Below, piece after piece: positions 50,876 through 63,628 of a stretch of 64,000 nucleotides of DNA. The translations under genes and the position numbers were made by a program. Below the pieces are notes generated by a model. That model ran no database searches, was not told the origin of the DNA, and worked only from the letters and a program-made list of their open reading frames with translations. This DNA comes from Callorhinchus milii (Eukaryota). Location of the stretch: contig NW_024704742.1 of assembly GCF_018977255.1 (NCBI RefSeq), positions 88,228,001 to 88,292,000 of the forward strand, in the 5' to 3' direction. Every line of letters starts with the position of its first letter. Positions within the stretch are counted from its first letter, which is position 1.

Positions 50876-51078
50876 CCCCTCTCGACTCTCTTCCTCCTCC
50901 TCGCTCCCTCCCTTCCCTCCCCTCACCCTGACCATTTCCCCCCTCCTCATTCCCTCCCATCCCTCCCCTCATTTCCCCCCTGCTCGGGTCATGACCCAAC
51001 TGTGCAGCGCCTTGGGACGTCCTCCTGACGTGAAAGGCGCTCTATAAATGGAATCTTGTTGTTGTTGTTGTTGTTGTT
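50876..51078 (+). mobile_element. Young L2-type 3' end with (TTG)n tail
   Basis: CTGCTCGGGTCATGACCCAACTGTGCAGCGCCTTGGGACGTCCTCCTGACGTGAAAGGCGCT plus (TTG)7; near-identical to 63466-63628. Confidence 0.85.
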
Positions 51079-54000
51079 CCTTAGCATTTCATAGCATCCA
51101 GATTGTTTTAAAAATCTGTACAAAAAAAGTTTTGAAATTAAGATTGCATCTTAGAATTAGCTAAATTTTGCACACTCGGAAATGCTGCATACATAGAGTA
51201 AACTTGGACCCATGTGAAAATTTCTACCCCTTGGGTGTAAGATAGCTAGGTACCATAATGTCCTGAAATTCTTCCTAGTTTTAGCTAGTTCGACCATTTT
51301 ATCTTAAAGTTTAAGATTGTATGGAATTGTGAAAAAAGTTTGGAAGCTGTTTTTCTGGTATTCTTAAACCGAATTGACGTTCAATTTAAGACCAGATTTA
51401 AAATGTTTCCACGGTCCCGAATGATCTTAAATCTTAAAACAAAATAATTTTACAGACTAAGACATGAAGATTTCTGTCATGTCTCTCATTTTGTTCAAAC
51501 TGCAGACACCAGGAAACAAAGGCGATTGAATAGAGATGAACCTTGAACTTTCTCTTGTTACATGTGTGAAATTACTTGAGTTAATGAGTGAGACGTTTTG
51601 TTTAATAGTCATTCAGGATTTTGAAGCTAATGATAATTCTTTGTAACTTCAAAGGACACGAATGATAAAACTCACTGCTTCTGTGGTGAAATGGAAACAA
51701 ATGAGTGACATTTTAATATTAATTTGTTGATGAATCCAAAACGAGGGGGCATAAATATAAGATAACCGAACGGAAATCTAAATAGTGAGTTGAGGAGGAA
51801 CTTTTTCAAGCAGAGGGTAGTGAGAATGTGGAACTCACTACTGGAAGCTGTGGTTGAAGCAAAGAGCATCAGTATATTTAAAAGGAAGCTTGATGCCTAC
51901 TTGAGGGAAAAAGGAATAGGAGTGGTGGGGCTAGTATGGAGTAGAAACATCAGCACAAACTAGTTGGGCCAAATGATCTGTTTCCATCCTGAATCACTCT
52001 ATGTATTTCTATATAATCCGGACAATAGCTGAGCGACCAGCATTGCTTGCTAAACTTGGACAAATGGAAACATGGTTATAGCTTGTACAATCTGTAGCTC
52101 TCCAATCTGTTCTTCTGGCATTGATGATGGAGGGAACAAGTGAATGCACAATCACATTTTCTTTGTTAATTCGTCTTGATCCAAGACTCCTGACTTTACT
52201 GGTAATTCAATTTCCTCAGAACCAAAACATTGGCATACATTTGAAGTGTGGATTGAGAAAGCAGACAAAAGAAAAGAGAGAAAGGACAACAGGCAGCCCC
52301 ATTAACAGAGGCTCCTCAGGAAATTGGTTACTGAAGCTCTTGCCACTGTTCCGTGAATTAATCAAAAGTTATGATTCCAATGGCAATGGATCATGTCAGA
52401 AACCATCACTACAGTGGGTAAACATCAACATAGTACCTACTTCACGGGACATGCCCCATTACAGAGAGGGTTCATAGGAGATTTATTAGGATGATACCAG
52501 GGATGACCCATGAATAGACTTAGAGGAATTAGGCCTAGTTTCATTGTTACAGAGAAGGTTGAGGGGTGACCTGATAGAGATCTTTAAAACTATGAGGGAT
52601 TTTGATAGAGGCAATGGGGAGAAATTATTTCCACAGGTCAGTGATTCAGTTACTGGAGGTCATCAATTTAAGATACTTAGGAAGGGAACAAAAGTTTTTG
52701 TTTACACAAACATAGTTGTGAGGATGTTCTTTCAGTTGGTTGAAACAGGATCCATATTCGCTTTCGAGAGGGAACTAGATAGAGACATCTCAAAATCAAT
52801 AATTTTCAGAGATGTGGAGAAAAGGCAGTTAAATGAGATGGAATGTATTTCATCTGAAGGGCGACACCTCCAACAAAGCAAAACTCCCCAAGCATTGCAC
52901 TGGACTATCACCTTAGACTGTGTGAATTCAAGTCTCAATATGGGGTTTGAACCCACAACCTTCTAACTCAGAGGTGGGAAGCCCGCTAATTGAGCCAGGC
53001 TGATGCACAAAGTGGTATTTTTGTTTTAAAGAGCCACACAGACATGATGAGATGAATGGCCTTCTTCCGAGTTGCATATTTCTATGGATCCATGATATAT
53101 TTTGAAAGGTGCCTCTCTTTCAACCAGGGATGATTTCTCTTTAATGCCTGCCCAATCTAGTTCAACTCCGATGATAAAAAAGCAATTGGCAAACATGACA
53201 CTGAATTATGAAATTATTATTATTATTTTTAAATTATTATTTTAAATTATTATTATTATTAAAACATTATGAAGAAGTGCCAAAACTAAGAGTATCTGGA
53301 TGAATTGGTTCTCTAAATTGTTGGTTTGGTACTAGTTAGAGGAAACATTGGACCCAGTACAGGTTTGGTCTTCATACAATTGCATTAAAACTAGGAATTT
53401 TCTATATTAAAACTATACAGGGCCTAAATTAATATTTTTTGTTTGTTCGGTCATGTTTTGTTAAGATTTTATTTGTGAGGCGTTTCAGAGTGAGAAAAAA
53501 AATTGATTGCATGTCAAAGGTTTCATTTAATTCCAAAGCTAGTAGTGCTACTTGCGCAAATGCATACAAATTCAAACCATACAAAACCCCATAAAATGTA
53601 ATTTCCTGACTGCATTCATTTCCTGCTTTGCTGACTTTCCATTAATGAGTCTCAAATAAAAGGATTAGACCTATTTATGTTACATGAATTGTGCGTAGAA
53701 TACAAAATGGTGACATTCAAAGCTCTTTACAAGCTAAAAATTTGATGCCAAATCCTTGTACAACAAAATGCCTAATACATTGCTTCAATTTATATTGTCT
53801 TCACATTTCCAGCCAGAATTATTGCTATTTATCTGGACGTTCTTTGGTCTGTTTTTGTTTAAGGCTGGTGCGCTCCTTCCATCGTTTGTTTGTTTCTGTT
53901 GCCCTAAGATGTCTAGCCTTTGTATATTGCCTATACCAAGAATTCCATCTGGATCTGCATATAATTGGTTTAAGTGGCATTTCAGCCCGACCAGAAATCA

Positions 54001-56064
54001 GCATATTGTTGGATTCAATCTTAACTTTGAAGTTGATTTTCTGTAGTCCTTATTTGTTTTTTTTTAAGCAGAAAATCAGCTTCAAAATTAAGATTGAATT
54101 TAGGAGTTTGCCAAATCCTTGATGCTCTGAAATGCTAAGCAAATAATCAAATAATAACATAATAACAATCCTTACATTCAATATTGCGCCTTTCATGTCA
54201 GGAGGATTACTCAAAGTGCCTCGCAGAATTTACTGTGACGTGTAGTGACTGTATTTTGTGGGCAAACCATGCAGCCAATTTGCACACAATAGTACCCTAC
54301 AAAGAGCCGCGTAGTGAATGACCAGTTTTATCTGGGGTATTGTTGGCCAGAACACTGGAAGAAACTCCCTCAATAAATAGAGCAGCAAAAATACAGGTAA
54401 AACCTGGCGAGCTGCATTAATTGCAGGGGGAGATCCAGTCCGACGAGCCGGAGCCTTTGCAGACGCTGGTTGTCAGAGAAAGGATGGTGTGATGGGAAGC
54501 TGTAGGGATCATGTGCAATGTGCCTGCTAGGAGAGTTGGGCAAGTGGGCATTTACATATGGGCTTGTGGAAATTTTGGGCCTGTGGAAATTAAAAATAAT
54601 TATTTTTTGGTGTCTGGCCCAGTGTGGCTAGCTTCAACTTCTGGATACCCGAAGTCCAGTAAGCCAGGGGTTTACTGAAGAATAAATCTAGACCCAGGTA
54701 GAATTTCTATCTGTAAATCAGCTATATTAAAAAAAGCTATTAAAATAAAAATTATACTTATTAATTATATTTTTACTTTACTAGCAATTTGATTTTCCCA
54801 TTATGTACTTATCGAATGGTTTACTAACTGTTGGCTAATATGCAGCAGATATCAATTATTTCAATGCTTCATTTGGAAAGCCAAAGCACGTTTTACGTCG
54901 GAACGAAGAATCAGTAATACTTGCCAATGCTGTAAGTCCTGGCAGTGTGGGAGGTCAAGACCTTGTAAGTCCAGTTGAAGATATGGAACAATAGAGGTCA
55001 GTGGGGAAGTGTTAAAAAAAATCTATTTTAGACGTGGCCAAGGTTTGGCAATGATGCAGTAGTGGAAGAAAACAGTTTTGCTGATGGATTGATTAGATGT
55101 AGGGTTTCAAACTCAGCTCAGGGATAATAATAATCCTCGCATTTGATATAGTGCCTTACCATGCTTTTCAGACGTCTCAAAGCACTTCACAGAATATACT
55201 GTAAAATGAAACGCACACAAAATATACAGTCAATTCACCTTACAGGCAGGATTTATTACCCTTCAAGATTTCAAGATTTATTATCTTTCAAAAGCAAATT
55301 AGGTAGATTTCTTTAAGGAAATAATATCTTGGGATACATTATATAGTTTGGGACATGATGTGTGCTGGATGGTAAAAGGCAAATTGGATGGACATTGGTC
55401 TTTGTCTAGCAACTCTTATCACAATAATCAATGCATTTGATAGTTTCTTAATTTTACTCAGATATTCCTAATATGTAAGGACGTTTCTGAGATATATTGG
55501 TTCAAAAGATGTGAGAGGTGATATTATCATCGGCGCCAATTATCACATCAACAGTAGTCATCACCAGCCTCTTTCTCCCCTAGGGCAGTGTTAACTATTG
55601 ACTGCTCTCTGACTTCCTGACTGCATTTTAGCTTGAAGTGACAAGTATACCTTGTGATGTTATCATTGTCCAGAGGTTGGTGGGAGGATCGCTGGAGGCC
55701 AGTCAATAATTATCCGCTAGCTCAACTGCAATTTTCAACAATGGGATAACTATCACATCACATCTCGCAACTTCCACCCCAGGGCTTCTTATGAGAGGAA
55801 GTAGTTCAGATACAGGAGTCCACCACAAACTCCACGAGGCTCCCTCACACACGATAACATCTCAGGAACTTCCTGTAACATTAGGAATGTTTTATAAATG
55901 GCTAAGCTGCTGAATGTAAATTGATTTTCAAAGCTTTTACCAGACACTTCACAGCAGTTTTTTTTTACTTGTTGGAAAAAAATTCTAGGTAGTTCCTCAC
56001 CTGCCATAACTTTTACAGATGGACTTTTTGTTCAAAAGGAAATATGCTGTTGGAGTTACAGTAA

Positions 56065-56820
56065 ATAATAATAATAATCCTTGCATTTGATATTGCGCTG
56101 TTCACGTCTTCTAGATGTCTCAAAGCGCTTCACAGAATATACTGTAAAATGAATTGACTGTATATTTGTGGTCGAAACGCGGCAGCCAATTAATAATAAT
56201 AATCCTTGCATTTGATATAGCGCTTTTCACGTCTTCTAGACGCCTCAAAGCGCTTCACAGAATATACTGTAAAGTGAATTGACTGTATATTTGTGGGCGA
56301 ACACGGCAGCCAATTGCGCACAGCAGTGTCCCACAAACAGTCGTAGATTGAAAATGACCAATTTTTTATTATTGTTTTGTTTTGGAGGGATTATTATTAG
56401 GCGTGTGGAGTAAGGAAAATTGCCCAAGGTTTCGCCCTGCCTGGAATTGAACTCAGGTGCAAAGCGAGTGCTCTAACCACTGAGCTACAGGACTCCACAC
56501 CACTGAACTACAGGACTCGATGCAAGGCAGTGTCCCACAAACAATCGTGGATTGAATTGACCAATTTATTTATTTTTTCTTGAGGAGTTATTATCAGGCG
56601 TGTGTAGTAAGGAAACTAGCCCAAGTTTTGCCCTGCCGGGAATCAAACCCATTTCTCTCGTTTGCAAGGCGAGTGCTCTAACCACTGAGCTACAGTACTC
56701 CATGAATAATAATACTAATTCTTGCATGTGATATAGCACCATATCATGCCATTGAGATGTCTCAAAGCACTTCACAGAATATACTGTAAAGTGAATTGAC
56801 TATATATTTTGTGGGTGAAG
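56065..56820 (-). mobile_element. Stack of at least four family A SINE pieces in the same orientation
   Basis: Tails at about 56065, 56192 and 56706; heads ending at about 56496 and 56702; short head duplication at about 56500-56518. Confidence 0.88.
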
Positions 56821-57404
56821 TACAGTATTCTTTGATAAATAGAATTCATCTTGATTTATTTTAATGCGGGTGTTTTCAGGTACAAATATTCAAGGTTCAT
56901 CCAATCAACTGAATATGAAAAAAAGATACAATCAATCTCAGTAAAGAAAGTTAGACTTCTTAAAAAAAAAGAAATCACGGTGTTCCAAAAAGTATTTTAT
57001 GCACATTATTCATGTTTTTCAGTGTGGTTTTTAAAACCTCAGATATTTTAAAGTTTTAAGTGGTATTCTTTTTAACAGGAAGTGCTCGATTTTCAATGAA
57101 AGACAAGGCCTTAATCCCCACTCCCAACAAGAAAATAAATCATATAGTTTTATGAATAATTAACACACATGTTGAGTCAGGTGTCAGCCTGGCTCAGTTG
57201 GTAGTACTCTTGCCTCTCACTGTCTCACTGACAAATTAAGAGTGCTGCCTTGGGATCTCATCCCTGTCTCCTCCTTCTGTATCACTTGGACATCACTTCA
57301 CACATGGTCAATATGATTTATGTCCTTAGACAGAATACATGACTTTCAGATCCCTACAGGAGCTGTAGATTGAGGGTGTGTTGTTCTCTTTGGGGTAGAA
57401 TGTA

Positions 57405-57665
57405 TTGTAAAGTGAATTGACTGTATATTTTGTGGGTGAAACATGGCACCCTACTGTGCACTGCAGCGTCCCATAAAAAGTCGTAGATTGAGTGACCAAA
57501 TTATTTTTATTTTGAATTTTTTTTAAGGGATTATTACCCCCAGAAAAGTGATCCGCCAATCGACTAACAACTGGGTTCTTACTTACTGTTAAGTAAACAG
57601 AGACGTGTGGAGTAAGAAAACTTGCCTCATCTTTTGCCCTGCCAGGAATCGAACCCAGGTCCTCT
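57405..57665 (-). mobile_element. Family A SINE (long form, partial)
   Basis: Reverse complement of the B box (GGAATCGAACCC), the long internal segment and the body. Confidence 0.8.
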
Positions 57666-58466
57666 CTATTTTATATAAAATAATATATATATAAAATGCA
57701 ATAAATAAAATGCAATAAATAGCGCAATGATTGGACCTGGTTAAAGTTTGCGGTTATTCTGTTGGATATTGATATCTGCCATTTGGTATCACTGGTGTCA
57801 GGCATTTATATCAACTTGAAATCAACTAACCTGAAATATAAGTTTCAACTGTTTAATGACTCGAGAGAGATTTTGACTCTGATACATTCCTGCAAGATTG
57901 CATCACCCATGCCTTGTGAAACCTGGTCTGATTTCAGTATCTTTTACATATGCAAGTGCAAATGCAATCTATGTTCAAATGCAAAGACCATATAATATAT
58001 ATATAAATATATATATATATACATACTGTAATAAGATTCTTAAGTGCTTGTTTCAATTTTCACACAAATGCCAGTCATAGACTCCATTCCAAGTGAAACA
58101 TTGGGGTGAAAAATGAGCTGTTTGCTAACAGGTTCTTTATGAGTTAGGCTAGTTTCCCACGAAACAGCTCTGTAAACGCTGCTTTCCGGGTTTGGCAGCA
58201 GTGATCATAGTCGCCTTGGAGAAAAGATGGCAGTTAAAATGTTTGGATCAGATTCAACCATTGGTCTTAAGTTTTATTTGTGTGTTGGGGGCGGTGGATG
58301 TAGGGAGAGGTTCGACACCCAGCCTAGTCTTTAGCAGAAGATTGGAAACTATGATGTTTCATAAGAGAACTGCTAAGACATTGTATTTGTTCAAGAAACA
58401 CTGGGACAGGGTTTGGAGAAAGAGAAAAGTAACGTGTGTTGATCTAATCAGCGCCTTAATATTTAA

Positions 58467-58840
58467 GTGGAGTCCTGTAATGTAGTGGTTAGAGCGCTTG
58501 CTTTGCAAGCAAGAGGATCCGGGTTCGATTCCCGGGCAGGGCAAAACTTTAGGCAAGTTTCCTTACTGCACACGCCTCTGACTACCTAGCAGTAACTAGG
58601 AACCCAATTATTAGTCGATTGGTGCATTGCTTTACCGGGGATAATAATCCCTTCAAAAAAAATAATAATTTGGTCACTCAACCCATGACTGTTTGTGGGA
58701 CACTGCTGCGCACAATTGGCTGGTGGTTTCGCCCACAAAATCACTTTGCAGTATATTCTTAAATGCTTTGAAATTTCTCAAAGATGTGATAAGGTGCTAT
58801 ATCAAATGCAAGAATATTATATTAAGAATATTATTATTAT
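58467..58840 (+). mobile_element. Family A SINE (long form)
   Basis: GTGGAGTCCTGTAATGTAGTGGTTAGAGCG-CTTGC-TTTGCAA-GCAAG...GGTTCGATTCC, then body and tail. Confidence 0.88.
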
Positions 58841-59384
58841 TTATCACAAGAAGAGAAAATGGGATTAAAACGTGTCCTTAGCCGCAGGAGACACAGGAGA
58901 CTGCTTCATAAGTGCTTTCTGATTGAGTTGAGAGGCTCACTCTGAAGGAACATGGATAACAGTACTCGAGAAATGGAGATTCCAGATTTCATAAGCTCCA
59001 TAAAATTTAATTCAGCATAGTTCACACACACAATAGCAGGGAAATTTTTAACAGCCTGGATTGTATCATTCCTTTCATTTCTGCCATTCTCCCTCATTGG
59101 AATTACCATAGTATTTTGCATCGCTGCAGAGACTCTGATCTGCTCTGTCCAGCCTGTGACAAAATGCAGTCTCCTACCTGCCGCAAACAAGTTAATTCAG
59201 AGAGAATAAACTGCTTCACATTCCCTAATTACTGTGCTTGGCATGAAGAAGTGCAGATATAAACAAAAAGGAAAGAGCTCTCTTAGTTATAACATATTAG
59301 CTGCAGTTACACCTTATGAATCCAGAATTTAAGGCATCCAGTTATGGAATTATGCGAATTGGCTGCTGTGTTTTCTTTTTATTC

Positions 59385-59842
59385 CTCGTGCCTATCACTT
59401 CCTTTCTCGCCGGCTCCACTGGCTTCACATTTCTCAGGGGATTGAGTTCAAAATCATCATCCTCCCTTTTAAATCCTTCCATGGTCTTATCCAACAGCCT
59501 TCTTAAACCCTACCAAACAGCCCACTCCCTCTGCTCAACAGGCACTGGCTTGCTTCACGTTCCTCACCCTGCCTGCTCTATCTTTGGCTATCGGGCTGTC
59601 AGCCTTTTTGTCCCTCTCTGGAATTCCATCCCTTCACATCTTTGCTTCCCTCGCCTCCTGCAAGATTCATCTCAAACCTTTCCTCATTGCCAGCACCTTC
59701 AGTCATCTTCCCACACCTATCCCCCTTGCCATCCTCCCAAATCCAATCCCCAACTCAGGTGCAAACTCTCGACTGACCAGCACTCTGGGACATTCTCCCA
59801 AAATCAAAGGCGCTGGACAAATGCAATTTTTTATTGTTGTGT
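59385..59842 (+). mobile_element. Old LINE-2 3' fragment (similar pieces at about 15180-15430(-), 25550-25860(-), 29400-29605(-), 63320-63810(+))
   Basis: CTCCACTGGCTT (LHWL), CTCTGGAATTCCATCCC (LWNSIP), diverged tail. Confidence 0.75.
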
Positions 59843-62800
59843 TTACCCGATAAAAATAATCACTATGTAGAGTTTCAAGATATCTTCCCAGTGTGAAAGG
59901 TGCTGCTACAACTCTTCCCCTCAGATTCCCCAGATCACACCTGAAGTCTTTCCTGTTCAATCGTGCCTATTGTCACCTTCCCTTGCTTCCTGGTTTGGCA
60001 TCAAACTTCGCTGTTGTTAAGCACTCTGAGGTGCTATCCTTCCTGAGAAGCGCTATATAAATGCAAGTTGTTGTTGTTACATGTTAAGCATAGAGAGCAT
60101 TATGGCATTGTGTGCCACATGTTAAAATCAAACCAAAATAGCTGAAACAATGCCTTATCCTGAATAAAACATTTTGATTTGCAAATGATAGATTTTGGCA
60201 AAATATTTGACTTGAGCCACATGAGCTTTATTTAGGTTAGCACGAAATGTCCTCCCCGAATTACATTAGCTAATATTTCAGCTTGTTCCTCTACCAATCG
60301 ATTCCATTCAAGTTTATTGTCGAAAGCCTTTGTCAAACATGAAGTAGGGCTGCACCTGCATCTGGTTAATTTTGTGCCGTCTGCAGGAATCTGGATCTGT
60401 CTTTGACTGTATTTATTAAATACATGTGAGGCGAATGCAAGCTCAGTTCAATTAAATGTCATCTAAGGTACACTCTATTGCATTATTCAGATGGTAAATC
60501 GAATTAAAACAAATTCAAAACAATCCACATCTCAAACTTGATAACCTGAAACTGGAACCCATAATGTGTGGAGAGAGAGTTTATTTGTGGCCTGAGCCTT
60601 CCCCCTTTCAAAGTCCCAATTCTGAGAGAATTGCCAGCCCTTTCTGTTCCTCTTTAAGGCTGCCTCAGCTAAGCACAAACTCTGATCCAATATGCTTCGC
60701 GCAACTTGTTCACACAACAAAAGATTGAAAGTTGGGTTCACAAAAGGGGATAGAAGGTGGTGATGAATGGCAATGTGCTCTCTGGGAAGCAGTAACTAGT
60801 GCTGTTCCACAAGGATCTCTTGCCACTATTTATAAATGTACGGAGCTGGGCACCTATTGCAGTGCTTTAACATCTGCTAATGGCACGAATCTATGTGGCT
60901 GCACAAAGAGTAGCGACGAGGGTGATAGTGTTCAGAGGATCTGGATCAAACTTGTAGCCAGTCTGAGAAATGGCATGTAGAGTTTAATGTAAATCCATGT
61001 GAAACCATGCATTTAGCAAAAGGATGCAGTATATATGGGTGTAACATTGAGCTACGTAGGCTCCTGGTAATGGCCCAGACCACCATCGGTGGACACCCCC
61101 TCCCCCATATTTGTTCAAATGGCTTTGTCCTTTCGCCCCAAACCAAAACTGCGGCCATTCAGCTAGCCACCAACTGCTACCAAATGCATCGCAGTATTTC
61201 AAAGTTGGTTCCGGGAATACCAACTTAACTCAACTTTTGAAACGCTGAAACCCTGGGATTTGGGCACTGATGGTAGTGGTGGCAATTGGCTCAATGACCA
61301 CCAATGAACAAAGTCAAGGGTGTTCAGCCTGGGCAGCAATTAACTGGAAAAACAACAGAAACAGAATACTCTACAGCATGATAATTGTCACATCAAACAC
61401 CATATGTATATATTATAATATATTATAATAATAATTCTTTCATTTTTGATAAAGAACCTTTCAAGTGAGGAGGACATCTCAAAGCGGTTCATAGGATATA
61501 CTGCAAAGTCTAGAGACTGTTTTGTTGGTGGTTGTATATACATATATATAATATATATGTATGTATATGTATTATGAAAGGATGCCTAAAGGGAACCACA
61601 ACTGCCATGGTGAGTTCTTGAACCGTTATCCGGGCTGTTGGGGGAAAATGCAGAGCACAGGCCAAGCATTTCCCATGGGAAGGAATGAAAATGCAAGTAT
61701 CCAGCTCTTCTCATGCACTTCCTTTACATCTCTGACAAAGGCCTGGGGGAAAGCCAGCTCTTTCATCAAAGAATTATACGTGATATGGGACCTAAACATG
61801 GGTGAACGTCGACTTAAAATGGGGAAGAATCACAGTATTTCCTATGTTTTAAGGCCTGATTTTGGAAATCCACCAATTTTAATCTAACTCAGATCGAGAG
61901 GAAAAACAGTGAGCTTAAAATTTCTTCTGTTCCACTTCTTGCAAGTCGTCAGAGAAGCCAGAATATTTCCAACGATTGCCAGAGTTATACAATAGCATTC
62001 GATTCATTGCAACCTTGCAATTTTCATGCTAAATCAAATAAAGTCATTGTCAAATTGTTGATATGAAGTGTATTTTCTCTTTAAGAGTGACCTGAATTTG
62101 CTAACAATCTTCATCAATGAAGCCCAAATAAATCATTGTCAACCTGGTAATCTGGTCTTCAAATGAATAATCTAGGCTGAGACTTCAGTGCAGTGCTGGG
62201 GGTGTACTCCACTGTCGGAGGTGCCACCCTTCAGATGAGACGTTAAACTGATGTCCCGTCTGCCTGTTCACGATCCTACTGCATTATTTTGGGACACTAG
62301 TGTGCCCAAATTGGCTGCCGAATTCATCAACAAATACACAGTTACTGCACTTTACAGCAATTACCTATGTAATGCTTTGATACCTTTTGATGTTATAGGC
62401 ACTATATTAAATGCATGGTTATTATTATTATAAGAAGAAAAAACCATTGAAACTTTATGACTGTTGAGAATCTAGCTTTCCTTTACATATATGATTCAGC
62501 GGATTACAGAGCTATGTGATAGTGCAATGTGAAAAAAAGCACAGGTTTTAGATCCCATGATTATTAATATTTATAGGTCAATCCTAAGGTAGTTGTATGT
62601 TATGACCCTTGAACACATCTTTAGTACATTAAGATACTTGTTCTTTTGAAACCAGAGCTTAGTAATAAGTTGAATTATATGATTCAAAGCACAATGCCAT
62701 TGTATCACATTATACTTTCTATCAATAATATGAGAAACTTTTATTTTCCTGAAGTTTTACTTTACTGATTCTCAGAGGGAAATAAGAGACTGCATGGATA

Positions 62801-62903
62801 TTGTCAGAGTAAGCAGAACCCAAGCCATTCAATCTGATCTAACAATTAAAGAGTTGAGGTTCGGCAGATAGTTAGTTAGGTAATTAGTTTTTTCAGCTAC
62901 AGC

Positions 62904-63117
62904 AGTCCGAAATTCCACTTAGCCTTAGCTTGTCAGTCCATTAGATCTTAAAATTTAAGATAATTGAGGAACACAATTTAAATTCAGTCTTTAATTTTGG
63001 ATGCCGGGTCTTTTATGAGATAAAGAACAAATTCTAGAATGTTCCACAATTCTGCACTATTTTAAAGTTTAAGATAAAATGGATTTACCAGCTAAGACTT
63101 GGTGGAATTTCGGAACT
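62904..63117. mobile_element. MITE-like element with ~55-bp imperfect TIRs; related copies at about 4116-4377, 51259-51480, partial 18310-18590
   Basis: Left AGTCCGAAATTCCACTTAGCCTTAGCTTGTCAGTCCATTAGATCTTAAAATTTAA aligns with the reverse complement of the right end, AGTTCCGAAATTCCACCAAGTCTTAGCTGGTAAATCCATTTTATCTTAAACTTTAA. Confidence 0.7.
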
Positions 63118-63465
63118 CGAAAGCTCTTGGAATTTTGATGTTGATTTGTTCCCATATTTAATGTCCTAGCAAGTGATTCATTGGGAAGCACTAAAATATA
63201 GCATCTTAAAGCACTAAACGTCTCACTTTATCTTATTTCTATGGGAGTTTTCTATTTAGATCCGAAAATCGCTAAAGGTAGTGATCTGTTCATCCCATAC
63301 AAATCCCTTCATTCCCACACAGTTCGTACCTCTCTAACCTGATCGGCCCTGCTCCACTGCCTGACCCCTTCACTCAGACACAGGCCTGCTGCTATCCCGC
63401 AATCCCTCCTTGCCACCATGGGTGGTCGTATCTTCAGCCACTACTCCCCTAACCTCTGGAACTCC

Positions 63466-63628
63466 ACAACAACAACAACAACAACAAGATTCCATTTATA
63501 AAGCGCCTTTCACGTCAGGAGGACGTCCCAAGGCGCTGCACAGTTGGGTCATGACCCGAGCAGGGGGGAAATGGTCAGGGTGAGGGGAGGGAAGGGAGGG
63601 AGCGAGGAGGGGGGAAATGGTCAGGGTC
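63466..63628 (-). mobile_element. Young L2-type 3' end inserted antisense into an older L2
   Basis: Reverse complement of the 50890-51078 element; interrupts CTCTGGAACTCC|CTGCCTCAATCCC of the host L2. Confidence 0.85.

Noticed and set aside
56065..56520. Repeated units that might suggest a CRISPR-like or regular array
   Set aside because: The units are SINE fragments of unequal length with no repeat-spacer periodicity, in eukaryotic intronic context.
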